DNA of 41,552 nucleotides from Tolypothrix carrinoi HA7290-LM1 (GCA_019358935.1 JAHHIK010000073.1:1-41552), one strand, 5' to 3'; shown: positions 28,994 through 38,458, numbered from the stretch's first letter. The notes: generated by a model not told the origin, from the letters alone. Numbers and translations: made by a program.

Positions 28994-29576
28994 ATGGCAG
29001 GTCAAACTTATACCGTCAAACAGGGCGACTTTCTATCATCAATCGCGCAGCAATTTTACGGCGATGGCAGTGAAGCGTCTTGGAGAAGAATTTACGAAGC
29101 GAATAAAGCCTTAATTGGACCTGACCCGACCCAGCTCAAACCAGGGATGGTACTTACCATTCCTGGGGTATCTGCCCCTCAGCCATCGAATAATATCGTC
29201 AACAGAGTTTTAGAACTCACCAATATAGAGCGCAGTAAAGCTGGTTTGTCACCACTAAGATTAAATCCGCAATTGACTGCGGCTGCACAAGCTCACAGCG
29301 AGAACATGGCACGGAGCAAGTCTATAAGTCACCAACTCCCAGGCGAGTTATCATGATAGCGATCGCATCTCACATGCAGGCTATAAATGGTCAGAAATTG
29401 CCGAGAACGTTGCAGCAGGACAGAAGACACCAGAACAAGCAGTCTCTATTTGGATCAACGAGGTTCCTCCCAATGATGCACATCGCAGAAACATTCTTAA
29501 TCCCAATTATCGGGAGCTTGGTGTTGGTTACTCCAACAACTATTGGACACAAGATTTCGGCTCCCCCGCATACTGA
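28994..29576 (+). pseudogene. Frameshifted LysM + CAP (SCP) domain gene
   Basis: LysM and the CAP N-half stop at 29356; the CAP C-half (SDRISHAGY...AENVAAGQ...HRRNILNPNYRELGVG...YWTQDFG) continues in another frame to TGA at 29576. Confidence 0.88.
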
Positions 29577-29613
29577 ACTTGATGTAAAAGTCAATTTCTC
29601 AAAGGAAAAAATC

Positions 29614-30411
29614 ATGTATACCACGCAAAATGCAAGTCAAACATATACCGTACAATCTGGTGACACCCTATTTATAATTGCCGAAAAAGTTTACCAAGAT
29701 GGTAATTTATGGTCTCTAATTTACGAAGCTAATCGCGGGATAATTGGAAATGATCCCAGTCAAATTCAACTGGGAATGGTACTTGTTATTCCCGAACAAA
29801 ATCAGTCTGGTAATCCTGGTACAAGCAAGGGAAATTTTCAAGATATGCTCGAAGCACTAGGAGCATTTGAATCAGGATTACCATCAGGAAATCCAAATCA
29901 ATACACCGTTGAAAATTCACTCGGTTTTATCGGCAAGTACCAATTTGGAGAAGCCCTACTGATTGACCTTGGCTACTACAAAGCCGATGTTTTCTATGGA
30001 CAACCTGGTGTTGACAAAAATTACTGGCGGGGTACATGGACAGGAAAGAAAGGTATTGATAGCAAAGCCAAATTCCAAAATTCTCCTGATGTCCAAGAAT
30101 TTGCAATTCGTGAAGCTTTTGCCCTCAACTGGAATCGTATCAACGATACGCTAAAAGGTCAAGGAAAGTCCATAAACGAATACCTCGGTCAGCAAAAGAC
30201 ATTTGATGATAATGGAGTGTCAAAAACAATAACAATCACCCTTTCTGGCATTCTCGCTGGGGCACACCTGCGCGGTCCTTATGGGTTAGCAGACCTTCTG
30301 CTCAAAAACGAAGTGTCTCACGATGAATTTGGCACTTCTATTCTGCGATACATAAATGAATATGGCGGTTATCAAGTTACGCCAGAAGATTTTCTCAATC
30401 CCGGTTCATAA
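29614..30411 (+). CDS. LysM + lysozyme-like domain protein (putative glycan hydrolase)
   Basis: AAGGA RBS; LysM YTVQSGDTLFIIA...IQLGMVLVIP; then LGAFESG...N..GFIGKYQFGE...Q...AGAHL, a lysozyme-fold pattern. Confidence 0.75.
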   Translation: MYTTQNASQTYTVQSGDTLFIIAEKVYQDGNLWSLIYEANRGIIGNDPSQIQLGMVLVIPEQNQSGNPGTSKGNFQDMLEALGAFESGLPSGNPNQYTVENSLGFIGKYQFGEALLIDLGYYKADVFYGQPGVDKNYWRGTWTGKKGIDSKAKFQNSPDVQEFAIREAFALNWNRINDTLKGQGKSINEYLGQQKTFDDNGVSKTITITLSGILAGAHLRGPYGLADLLLKNEVSHDEFGTSILRYINEYGGYQVTPEDFLNPGS

Positions 30412-31488
30412 CGAATTTTCTTTGCACTCTCTGCGCCAAAACTCAAGCAGTTGGTCTGGGCAAGGTTTGGCGCTGCCTTCGATTAAACTACTACCTTTAG
30501 TTTGGGATAGTCGATATTTTTCTTCATACTGCATAAATTGATTTCACTTTGCCTATTAACGATGTAGATGAAGAATTTATGTAGTAGCCGTTGCTTGCAC
30601 TCATATCTGCTGCGGTCTTATAACTTCATCCAACTCACATTAATAAAAAGAGAGCTTTCATGGCTGAAAACAACCTAGAATAAATCAAAATTTGTATTCA
30701 GATATTACCAGACATGTCTGAAGAAGCGCAAAGAAAAGCGATTGAAGAAAATCCGCAAAACGCAAAAACAGGCTTGAATTTTATCGAAAAATTTGGCGAC
30801 ACCGTTGAGTCATCGCGAATGGCACTTATCGCCGATAAAAAGTGGAAACCAGGTCGGACATTGCGCGTGCGCTTTTTGGATGGCGACCCCGTAGTTCACC
30901 AGAAAATTGCTCAGGTAGCACAGCAGTGGAGTCAATTTGGTAACATCAAGTTTCAGTTTGGCAACGATCCTAATGCAGAGATTCGCATCTCCTGTAAACT
31001 CGGTGCCGGTTCTTGGTCTTATCTTGGTACTGATGCCTTAAACATTCCCAAGAATCAGCCGACAATGAACTATGGATGGCTCAAACCCGATAGCGACGAT
31101 AGAGAGTATTTAAGAGTTGTAATGCATGAGTTTGGTCATGCTCTTGGTTGCATCCACGAACATCAACATCCACAAGCCGGAATTCCTTGGAATCGAGATG
31201 CTGTTTACCGCTACTATATGGGTGCGCCCAACAATTGGACTAAACAGGACGTAGATAACAATATATTCCAACTGTATAGTAAGAACATCACTCAATTCTC
31301 CCGCTATGACCCACAGTCAATCATGCACTATGCGGTTCCCAAGCAGTTAACGACCGGCGGCTTTGAGATTGGCTGGAATAACTATCCGTCAGCAACGGAC
31401 GAGTGATTAGTTAAAATATTTTTGCTCAACTCGCGCAAACCTTCTCAAGACGCGCTAGACTACTTCTAGTTGAGTTAAGTAGGTTTTG

Positions 31489-32136
31489 ATGCATCATGTC
31501 ACCCCCAAGGAAGCGGCTAAAATCCTTGGTGTCCACGTCTCCAGTCTGCGAAGGTGGGAAAACGAAGGAAAGCTTAAAGCAATCCGGACACCAGGAGGTC
31601 AAAGACGATTTGCCCTTGAAGAAGTCGAGAAAGCGGCAGGTGTCACCGGGACAGTTAGAACTGTTTGCTATGGACGAGTATCGACTCATTCCCAACAAGA
31701 CGATTTGCAACGACAGCTTGAACATTTACGCGCAAGATACCCAGAGGCTGAAATCATTTCAGAAACTGGAAGCGGACTCAATTTTAGGCGGAAAAAGTTC
31801 CTCGCGATTTTGGAACGAATTATCGACGGTGATATCCAACGTCTTGTCGTTGCCCACCCTGACCGACTTGTTAGATTCGGAATCGAATTGGTTAAATGGT
31901 TATGCCAGAAATTTCAGTGTGAACTCGTGGTTCTCAATGACCGCAAGCTCAGTCCAGAGCAAGAACTCGTACAAGATATGTTGTCCATCATCTACTGTTT
32001 TAGTTCAAGGCTTTACGGACTTAGAAAATACTCAAAACAAGTCAAAGAAGATTTACAAAAAGAAAACCCGTCACTCGTCGTCTCAATCGACAAAGCCTCA
32101 ACCGAACAGTGTGCAGAAAATCAGGCTATATCCTAG
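31489..32136 (+). CDS. tnpA: IS607 transposase (MerR-type HTH plus serine recombinase)
   Basis: EAAKILGV...LRRWENEGKL...RTPGGQRR, YGRVST (catalytic Ser), GSGLNFRR, DRLVRFG, ELVQDML...FSSRLYG. Confidence 0.96.
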   Translation: MHHVTPKEAAKILGVHVSSLRRWENEGKLKAIRTPGGQRRFALEEVEKAAGVTGTVRTVCYGRVSTHSQQDDLQRQLEHLRARYPEAEIISETGSGLNFRRKKFLAILERIIDGDIQRLVVAHPDRLVRFGIELVKWLCQKFQCELVVLNDRKLSPEQELVQDMLSIIYCFSSRLYGLRKYSKQVKEDLQKENPSLVVSIDKASTEQCAENQAIS

Positions 32137-33268
32137 CAAGGAATTGCACAAAGTTTGGAAGCGCTGGCTAGCTCAGTACCGCTATTACTACAACGAAACT
32201 ATCAGCTTACTTCGTTGTTTTGATAGAGTTGAAAAACTATCTGCTGAAACCTTAGATAAGATGTTACAGCGCTTAGAGAATGCCCCAGACTGGGTAAAAA
32301 CAATACCAGGTCATCAGCGCCAAGAAGCCTGTTTTGAGGCTTACGACGCATTTAAACGAGCTAAAAAAGATGGAGGTTTTGCTAAGTTCAAATCTGTTAA
32401 ATCTACCAGTCAAGCGATACAGTTTAAAGTTGGTAATTTTAAAAATGGTACGTGGTATTGTAACACAACTAAAGGCTTGAAATTCACTACGATTGGTCAA
32501 TCACATCCAAACCAATGTGAATACGGTACAGAGCTTGTATACCGCTGTGGTAAATGGTTTGGGTGTTTTCCGTGTGTAGAAGAAGTTGCGACGACTGGGA
32601 GCGACCGGGTAATTGCACTTGACCCTGGTAATCGCACTTTCTTAACTGGTTTTGATGGAGAAAACGTTTTAGAGATTGGCAAGGGAGACATTGGACGCAT
32701 ACAAAGATTGTGTCAACACCTTGACAACCTAATAAGCCGTTCTACTAAGGTCAAAGCCCACCAACGTAGAAAAATGCGTCTTGCCGCAAACCGTGCTAGA
32801 GAAAAAATTCAAGACCTAATTAAGGATTTGCATAAGAAGGCTACCAATCTGTTAGTTAATTCCTACAAAACAATCTTTCTTCCAACTTTTGATTCTAGCC
32901 AGATGGTAATTAAAAAGAGAAGCGGAAAGAAACGCAGGATTAACAGCAAGTCAGTGCGCCAAATGTTAACCCTTTCCCATTACCGCTTTGAACAACATCT
33001 CAAACAAGCAGCGTTAAAAAAAGGCGTGTTAGTTGTACTTTGCAACGAATCTTACACGTCTAAAACCTGTGGTAGTTGCGGTCATATTCACCATAAGCTT
33101 GGTGGTTCCAAAATCTTTAAATGCCTACATTGCGGCGCTCAAATTTCCCGCGATGTTAATGGCGCACGTAACATTATGCTACGTGCTTTGCAGGCAACTG
33201 CCTTCACCGTAACGCACGATTCTTTGGTGCTGTCGGATGCGTCCGACTTGACGGGAAGCGGTAGTTAA
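32111..33268 (+). CDS. tnpB: RNA-guided endonuclease TnpB, pro-Fanzor-like; start uncertain because the frame is open from 31496
   Basis: KIRLYP, ALDPG (RuvC-I), IFLPTF, NESYTSKTCGSCG...CLHC zinc finger, RDVNGARNI (RuvC-III). Confidence 0.92.
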   Translation: MQKIRLYPSKELHKVWKRWLAQYRYYYNETISLLRCFDRVEKLSAETLDKMLQRLENAPDWVKTIPGHQRQEACFEAYDAFKRAKKDGGFAKFKSVKSTSQAIQFKVGNFKNGTWYCNTTKGLKFTTIGQSHPNQCEYGTELVYRCGKWFGCFPCVEEVATTGSDRVIALDPGNRTFLTGFDGENVLEIGKGDIGRIQRLCQHLDNLISRSTKVKAHQRRKMRLAANRAREKIQDLIKDLHKKATNLLVNSYKTIFLPTFDSSQMVIKKRSGKKRRINSKSVRQMLTLSHYRFEQHLKQAALKKGVLVVLCNESYTSKTCGSCGHIHHKLGGSKIFKCLHCGAQISRDVNGARNIMLRALQATAFTVTHDSLVLSDASDLTGSGS

Positions 33269-33325
33269 TCAACTTTAATCGGTTTGATTAGCTTAAAAGT
33301 TGCACAAACAGTTCATCGCTCAGAT
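33180..33325 (+). ncRNA. Predicted TnpB omega/reRNA (right-end scaffold plus flanking guide); 5' limit unknown
   Basis: Inferred from the general TnpB architecture; hairpins gtcggatgcgtccgac and aacttt...aaagtt lie just before the right end. Confidence 0.45.
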
Positions 33326-33469
33326 GTATCCTCTGCCCAAGACTGGTGGATAAACCGCTTCACAGGGGAAAAGGGGAAAGGGGAAAGGGGAAAGGGTAAG
33401 AAATCCCCCTGCTCCCCCTTGTCCTCCTTGTCCTCCTTGTCTCCTTGTCTTTTTGTCTTTTGAAGTACC

Positions 33470-34396
33470 ATGCTAAAAGTCACCGAAGAGCGCGATCGCA
33501 TTCACATCGGCGAAAGATTCTCCGTGTCTTTCCAACGCACTCTGCGAATACCTAATGATGGCATCTACCCTCTTCCTCCGGGGTTGGGTGCTTTTCCGAT
33601 TCAGCGTGTCGCCGATTACCTAGATCGTGTTCCCCCTCATTGGCGCGAACAGGGCGGTTATTTCATTCCCATGTATCAACGAGAAGCATTGTGGCTGGGA
33701 TTCGACGGTGCAAGTTTCAAGCCAAACGCAGTCAAAATTGCGATCAGTAAAATCAACGCAATTTCCGGCGAAGCTTTGGATGAAACACTCCACACCGACC
33801 CCCAAAACTATATCGTCTGTCCAGACCAACCCTGGCTAGACGGGATAAATGCAGGTGATAACTTTATTCGTCAGTTTGTCGCCATGCCCTTGGGACAAGG
33901 TTACACTGTTGAGGCGCAAGTTACTGGTACAGAGGAATTTGGTGGAATCCAGATTTTGGTTTACGAACCCAAACCAGGAAGATTTCCCGACCAACCTCCA
34001 CAAACACGCGGTTTCACTAGTTTCGAGATTCTACCACCACCAGCCGCCCCGATGGAAATGGGTTTGGGGGCAGGAGGTAAAATGCAACAAAAAATCTACC
34101 CCGATTCTTACGGTCTTGGCTCATGGGATACTGAAAATTACGGCTCTGTTTTCGTGCATATTGTTAATAGCGAGCAGTATCGGGAATTGACAAACCTCGA
34201 ACCTCCGCCAACACCAATTACCGCTCAAGTTTACGCTCAGTATAAGTTGCCCTGGTTTGCTCTTTACGACGAAGCACAGGGAGATTTGCCAGCAGCTGAC
34301 AAGCTGAGTAAAATCAAACCTATTCCAGACCAAGATAATCAGTCAGTTGATATAGCCGAATCCCAAATCGAAAAGCTGCATCATCCACCTATTTAG
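33470..34396 (+). CDS. Conserved hypothetical protein
   Basis: 308-aa ORF with motifs FQRTLRIP, LPPGLG, PMYQREALW, QPWLDG, RQFVAMPLG.GYTVE.Q, MGLGAGG...Q.I..D and LPWF. Confidence 0.8.
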   Translation: MLKVTEERDRIHIGERFSVSFQRTLRIPNDGIYPLPPGLGAFPIQRVADYLDRVPPHWREQGGYFIPMYQREALWLGFDGASFKPNAVKIAISKINAISGEALDETLHTDPQNYIVCPDQPWLDGINAGDNFIRQFVAMPLGQGYTVEAQVTGTEEFGGIQILVYEPKPGRFPDQPPQTRGFTSFEILPPPAAPMEMGLGAGGKMQQKIYPDSYGLGSWDTENYGSVFVHIVNSEQYRELTNLEPPPTPITAQVYAQYKLPWFALYDEAQGDLPAADKLSKIKPIPDQDNQSVDIAESQIEKLHHPPI

Positions 34397-34566
34397 GAAT
34401 GAGCGCAAAAGCCTCTCAAACTCTCCTAAACTCTGTGTCCTCTCTCTTGAAAAGGTCTGATCGGAGGAAACCTCCGCTCAGACTTTTCGCTGCTTCCTCT
34501 GCGGTTCGTTTTCCGTAACGTAATAAAATGGTTAAGAAATCTTTTCGTAGTAAGCGCTCTTTGCCC

Positions 34567-36120
34567 TTAATCTAACCCCAAATCTACAGCAATGCGATGA
34601 GCGCAGGCAAACCCCGAAAACGCCACCGCATTCAAACCCTGACCCGGAAAAGTACTATCTCCCACGCAATAAAGTCCGGGAATATCTGTACGATTAAACG
34701 GCATCCCCAATAAACCCCGCAACTTACGCCGGGGAATTGGTCCATAAGTGCCATCAACACGACCTAAAAAGCGGCGATGCGATCGCGGTGTTCCCACCTC
34801 TAAATAATCCAATCCCGCATCTAAACCGGGAAAAATCTTCTCCAAGCGGTCAATAATTCCCCACGCTGCTTCTTCCTTCTTCGCCTCATACTCACCCGCT
34901 GATAAATTCTGCCAATCTGCAATCCAATGCGGCGTGAAAGCGTGAATTATATCATAGCCTGTCGGTGCTAAATCTGGGTCAAGCAAAGTGGGAATCGAAA
35001 CAAAAATTGTCCCTTCTGCATCTGCCATTTTTTCCCAGTCTTCTAGCAAAATGTGATGGCATTCTATCCCCTTCGGCAACACCGAATTTTTTACCCCCAT
35101 GTGCAAACTGAGAAAACTGGGCGATTTTTTATAGCGTTGTTGCCACTTTTTTTCACTTTCTGGTATTTCTTCTGCTGGTAGTAAATTTTCAAATGTATCC
35201 CAGCGTGTAGCATTAGAAACTATGCGTTTTCCCAAGTATACTTTACCGTTAGCCAGTTGCACGCCCACGGCTCGTTGATTTTCTTGAATGATTTTTGTTA
35301 CTCTCGCTTGATAGTGAATCTCACCCCCAGCTTTTTCAAGACCCTCAACTAGTTTTTGGGCAATTTGTCCCACCCCACCTTTAGGGTAGTTAACTCCTCC
35401 ATAATGCCTGTCGGAGAACACCATTCCCGCATTAATCATCGGTGTCATGTCCGCTGGAACTACCGACCAGCAATAGCACTCAATATCGATAAATTTTAAT
35501 AATTCCGGGTCTTTAATATAGCGTCGCGCTAAATCTCCGGCATTTTGGGGCAGATACTTAGCTAAACCGAGACACGCTAATGGGTGCTGGAAAAATGACC
35601 GCAACAAATACCGAGGTTCTTCCAGAGACAGCAAATCCATGCGATTGAGGCAATTGAAGACTTTCCAACATTCGTCATAAAAACGACGAATTCCTTCTTT
35701 TTCATGAGGAAATTTGGCAGTAAGATTTTGCAAAAATTTATCATAAACTCGATCAACTTTAACAGAGAAGTTGTCGGGCAGATGATAATGAATCTGCACC
35801 AAGTCGGGAATTGTCTCTAAGCTGACATTTACAGCATCAAGAGCGCGTTTTAATAAGTTGGTGGTGCCGCGATCGCCAAACCCAAAAATCATCGACGCCC
35901 CAACATCAAATTTATAGCCTTGCCTTTCAAAGTAACCAGCACTACCACCAGGAATTAGATAGCGTTCTAGCACCAGCACTTTAGCACCCTTCGCGGCTAG
36001 CTGAGTTGCTGTCACTAAACCACCAATTCCAGAGCCAATCACGATTACATCGAATGAGAAAATGGGGAGTGGGGGAGTGGGGGAGTGGGGGAGTGGGGGA
36101 GTGGGGAACAAGGGGGACAA
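34567..36120 (-). CDS. crtH: Carotenoid (prolycopene) isomerase; start uncertain
   Basis: [39 protein letters not shown] and [17 protein letters not shown]. Confidence 0.95.
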   Translation of the reverse strand: MSPLFPTPPLPHSPTPPLPIFSFDVIVIGSGIGGLVTATQLAAKGAKVLVLERYLIPGGSAGYFERQGYKFDVGASMIFGFGDRGTTNLLKRALDAVNVSLETIPDLVQIHYHLPDNFSVKVDRVYDKFLQNLTAKFPHEKEGIRRFYDECWKVFNCLNRMDLLSLEEPRYLLRSFFQHPLACLGLAKYLPQNAGDLARRYIKDPELLKFIDIECYCWSVVPADMTPMINAGMVFSDRHYGGVNYPKGGVGQIAQKLVEGLEKAGGEIHYQARVTKIIQENQRAVGVQLANGKVYLGKRIVSNATRWDTFENLLPAEEIPESEKKWQQRYKKSPSFLSLHMGVKNSVLPKGIECHHILLEDWEKMADAEGTIFVSIPTLLDPDLAPTGYDIIHAFTPHWIADWQNLSAGEYEAKKEEAAWGIIDRLEKIFPGLDAGLDYLEVGTPRSHRRFLGRVDGTYGPIPRRKLRGLLGMPFNRTDIPGLYCVGDSTFPGQGLNAVAFSGFACAHRIAVDLGLD

Positions 36121-36234
36121 GGGGGACAGGGGGACAGGGGGACAGGGGGGACAAGGGGGACAAGGAAGAATTATATCCCATATCCATTACCCATTACCCA
36201 TTACCCATTACCCATTACCCAATTCCCAATTCCC
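36063..36234. repeat. Tandem 8/9-mer (GGGGGAGT, GGGGGACA[A]) and 7-mer (CCATTAC, CCCAATT) STRR tracts
   Basis: Directly visible in the sequence. Confidence 0.92.
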
Positions 36235-36307
36235 AAAAAAAAGAGGGACGAGCCGTTATATTGCTGGCTAATCCCGTCTGCCGATCCTTAAAGAGAGGAG
36301 AACACTT
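36235..36307 (-). ncRNA. isaR1: IsaR1-like iron-stress small RNA
   Basis: Minus strand reads AAGTGTTCTCCTCTCTTTAAGGATCGGCAGACGGGATTAGCC...GGCTCGTCCCTCTTTTTTTT; located between crtH and upp; has its own promoter and terminator. Confidence 0.75.
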
Positions 36308-36313
36308 GAGACC

Positions 36314-36343
36314 AATATAAACTTGATTGAGAATAAATGTCAA
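36314..36343 (-). promoter_or_regulatory. Sigma-70 promoter (TTGACA-N18-TATATT) overlapped by a Fur-box-like inverted repeat
   Basis: -35 at 36343-36338, -10 at 36319-36314; TTGAGAATAAATGTCAA at 36327-36343. Confidence 0.7.
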
Positions 36344-36468
36344 CTATAAATGAAAAAAACTTGCAATAAATTTGCCGATGTAATTTTAGCTTTCAGTAGT
36401 ACGCTTTGCTCATTGTATTATGAGGTTTCAGTTGTTATATAATATATAGTCGCCATCATCCGCAAGTT

Positions 36469-37119
36469 ATGACGCTCCAATTGCGTATTTACGTTCCGCC
36501 CCATCCTTTAATTAAGCACTGGCTCGCAGTCGCTCGTGATGCTGCGACACCTTCAGTTTTATTTCGCAGTGCGATGACTGAGTTGGGACGCTGGTTGACT
36601 TATGAAGCTGCTCGCGAGTGGTTGCCAACTCAAGAAACAACTGTTAAGAGTCCTTTAGCATCGTGTCCTGCGACTTTGATTGACCCAGAAATGCCGATCG
36701 CAGTCGTGCCAATTCTCCGGGCAGGGTTAGGATTGCTAGAGGGAGCGCAGACGTTGCTACCTTTGGCTTCTATTTATCATCTGGGCTTAGTGCGAAATGA
36801 AGAAACTCTGCAACCAGAGTGTTACCTAAACACATTGCCAGAAAAATTTGACCCCCAAACACGAGTGTTAATTACCGATCCGATGTTAGCAACGGGAGGT
36901 TCGATTATGGCAGCGATGGCAGAATTAACACATCGGGGTGTCGATCCGACTTTGACGCGGATTGTTTGTGTGGTGGCAGCTCCCCCAGCTTTGCAACAAT
37001 TGAGTGCTGCTTATCCGGGTTTAATAATTTACACCGCCACCATTGACGAAACCGTCAACAACCAGGGGTATATTGTTCCGGGATTAGGAGATGCAGGCGA
37101 TCGCATCTTTGGGACTTAA
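36469..37119 (+). CDS. upp: Uracil phosphoribosyltransferase
   Basis: HPLIKH, VPILRAGLG, DPMLATGGS and YIVPGLGDAGDRIFGT. Confidence 0.97.
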   Translation: MTLQLRIYVPPHPLIKHWLAVARDAATPSVLFRSAMTELGRWLTYEAAREWLPTQETTVKSPLASCPATLIDPEMPIAVVPILRAGLGLLEGAQTLLPLASIYHLGLVRNEETLQPECYLNTLPEKFDPQTRVLITDPMLATGGSIMAAMAELTHRGVDPTLTRIVCVVAAPPALQQLSAAYPGLIIYTATIDETVNNQGYIVPGLGDAGDRIFGT

Positions 37120-37195
37120 GCTAGTATGCAGCTATAACAGTTAGGTGCAATAACTAGTTGGGAGATGCAAAGCGTTTCATCAAGGCGGTAAAGAT

Positions 37196-37555
37196 ATGAG
37201 TCAGCGTGATGGTTTTGCGAGTGGTTTTTTTGCTGGGGCAATTGTCGGCAGCGTAATCGGTGGCGTTGTGGGTGCCCTGATTACTCAAAAACGCGATCTC
37301 GAATTAATAGAAGAGGAGTCGGAACAGACAAATGGAACAGCAGAGGCTAAAAAAACAAATATTTTGAAACGGCGTACTATGAAAGCCGCCGAAAATGAAG
37401 GTGTGGAAATAGAAACGGCGCGGCGATCGCTTGAAGATAAAATCGCCCAGCTCAATGCCACAATTGATGAAGTCCGCAAGCAGCTGGGAAATGTCAACAC
37501 TAATTCTACTCAGTCAATTAGCGATCGAGCCTCGCGCAGCGATGAACTTCGCTAA
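37196..37555 (+). CDS. Hypothetical protein with a Gly-rich TM segment and coiled coil
   Basis: GFFAGAIVGSVIGGVVGAL and ARRSLEDKIAQLNATIDEVR. Confidence 0.8.
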   Translation: MSQRDGFASGFFAGAIVGSVIGGVVGALITQKRDLELIEEESEQTNGTAEAKKTNILKRRTMKAAENEGVEIETARRSLEDKIAQLNATIDEVRKQLGNVNTNSTQSISDRASRSDELR

Positions 37556-37701
37556 GAAAACACGAAAATAAGAAGGTAACTGGGTAACGAAAGTGCCAAT
37601 TATGGTATATGCCAAAACAATTTGTACACACCATGACCCAGGCTCAATTAAAATCAAGATTAAGACCGATGCGTGACACCTAGCCGAAAACGGACACATC
37701 C

Positions 37702-37980
37702 ATGAATTTACTGGTTACTACTCTGGCTACTTTCGTACAGATTTATGGTGCCCTGCTAATTATCAGGGTTCTGTTGACTTGGTTCCCCAATATCAGCTGG
37801 TATAATCAACCATTTTCTGCTTTGAGTCAGATCACCGACCCCTATCTGAATCTTTTTCGCTCAATCATTCCTCCATTAGGCGGCATGGATTTTTCACCGA
37901 TGTTAGCGATTATACTGCTTCAGGTTGTGGGTGGTGGTCTTGTTAGTTTGGCGCAAAGTTTGCAGTTTGCCTCATTTTAA
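37702..37980 (+). CDS. YggT/YlmG family membrane protein
   Basis: IRVLLTWFP, ITDPYLNLFRSIIPPLGGMDFSP. Confidence 0.93.
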   Translation: MNLLVTTLATFVQIYGALLIIRVLLTWFPNISWYNQPFSALSQITDPYLNLFRSIIPPLGGMDFSPMLAIILLQVVGGGLVSLAQSLQFASF

Positions 37981-37990
37981 AGCAAAAGAT

Positions 37991-38022
37991 TTTCAGTCTG
38001 GGCTAACCAGCCCAGACTAAAA
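37991..38022. terminator. Bidirectional hairpin terminator between convergent genes
   Basis: agtctgggct-aacc-agcccagact flanked by T and A runs. Confidence 0.7.
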
Positions 38023-38026
38023 CCGA

Positions 38027-38458
38027 CTAACGTCGGACTTGACCGCTAAATCCGGCAGCTTTAAACTGCTTCAGTTTCAATGGGGTAGGCTGATTCGCAG
38101 GTACAGAAATTCTCAAATCAAAATCACTGATACCTGATGGTATTTCCGCAATTGAACCAAGACGGGTACGATTTTGCATTACCGAATCGCCGTTAGCATC
38201 ATAGATGCGCCCAAAAATATCTGCATCGTAAACTGTTTTGTTAGTATCATTCTGAGCTTTACCAGTGACAATAAAGCAGTTAGCAGCTCTAGAACCGCTA
38301 CTGGTAACAGTTCCTTTTGCCAGTTCTGGTGGACAATCATGATAGGAAATATCGAATAGTTTAATTTGTGTCAGCGCTACAGCGGGCGGAGTAAACACCC
38401 ACGAAAGAACCCCGATGACACAACAAATGAAAACAAGCGTGAGTGAGCGCAAGCGCAT
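38027..38458 (-). CDS. Secreted conserved hypothetical protein
   Basis: ATG at 38458 gives a signal peptide ending PPAVA; DADIFGRIYDANG...NRTRLG motif. Confidence 0.75.
   Translation of the reverse strand: MRLRSLTLVFICCVIGVLSWVFTPPAVALTQIKLFDISYHDCPPELAKGTVTSSGSRAANCFIVTGKAQNDTNKTVYDADIFGRIYDANGDSVMQNRTRLGSIAEIPSGISDFDLRISVPANQPTPLKLKQFKAAGFSGQVRR

Larger units (their letters stand above)
31401..33305 (+). mobile_element. IS607-family element (tnpA serine recombinase plus tnpB)
   Basis: Boundaries are defined by restoration of the peptidase frame; AC dinucleotide at both junctions; no TIR or long TSD. Confidence 0.92.
30660..33353 (+). pseudogene. M12/astacin-like zinc metallopeptidase with a nonsense codon at codon 8, split by IS607
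   Basis: HEFGHALGCIHEHQHP and the SIMHY Met-turn; ATG at 30660 is in frame with TAA at 30681; the C-terminus KQFIAQMYPLPKTGG* resumes at 33306-33353. Confidence 0.88.

Noticed and set aside
29353..29613. N-terminal 87 aa of the track's 352-aa ORF
   Set aside because: This is an off-frame reading of the CAP-domain half of the upstream pseudogene. The real start with an RBS is at 29614.
35981..36320. Several short G/P-rich ORFs, and similar ones at 39123-39556, 19316-19570, 22102-22305 and 3203-3403
   Set aside because: They are translations of STRR or dispersed repeats with no protein-like content.
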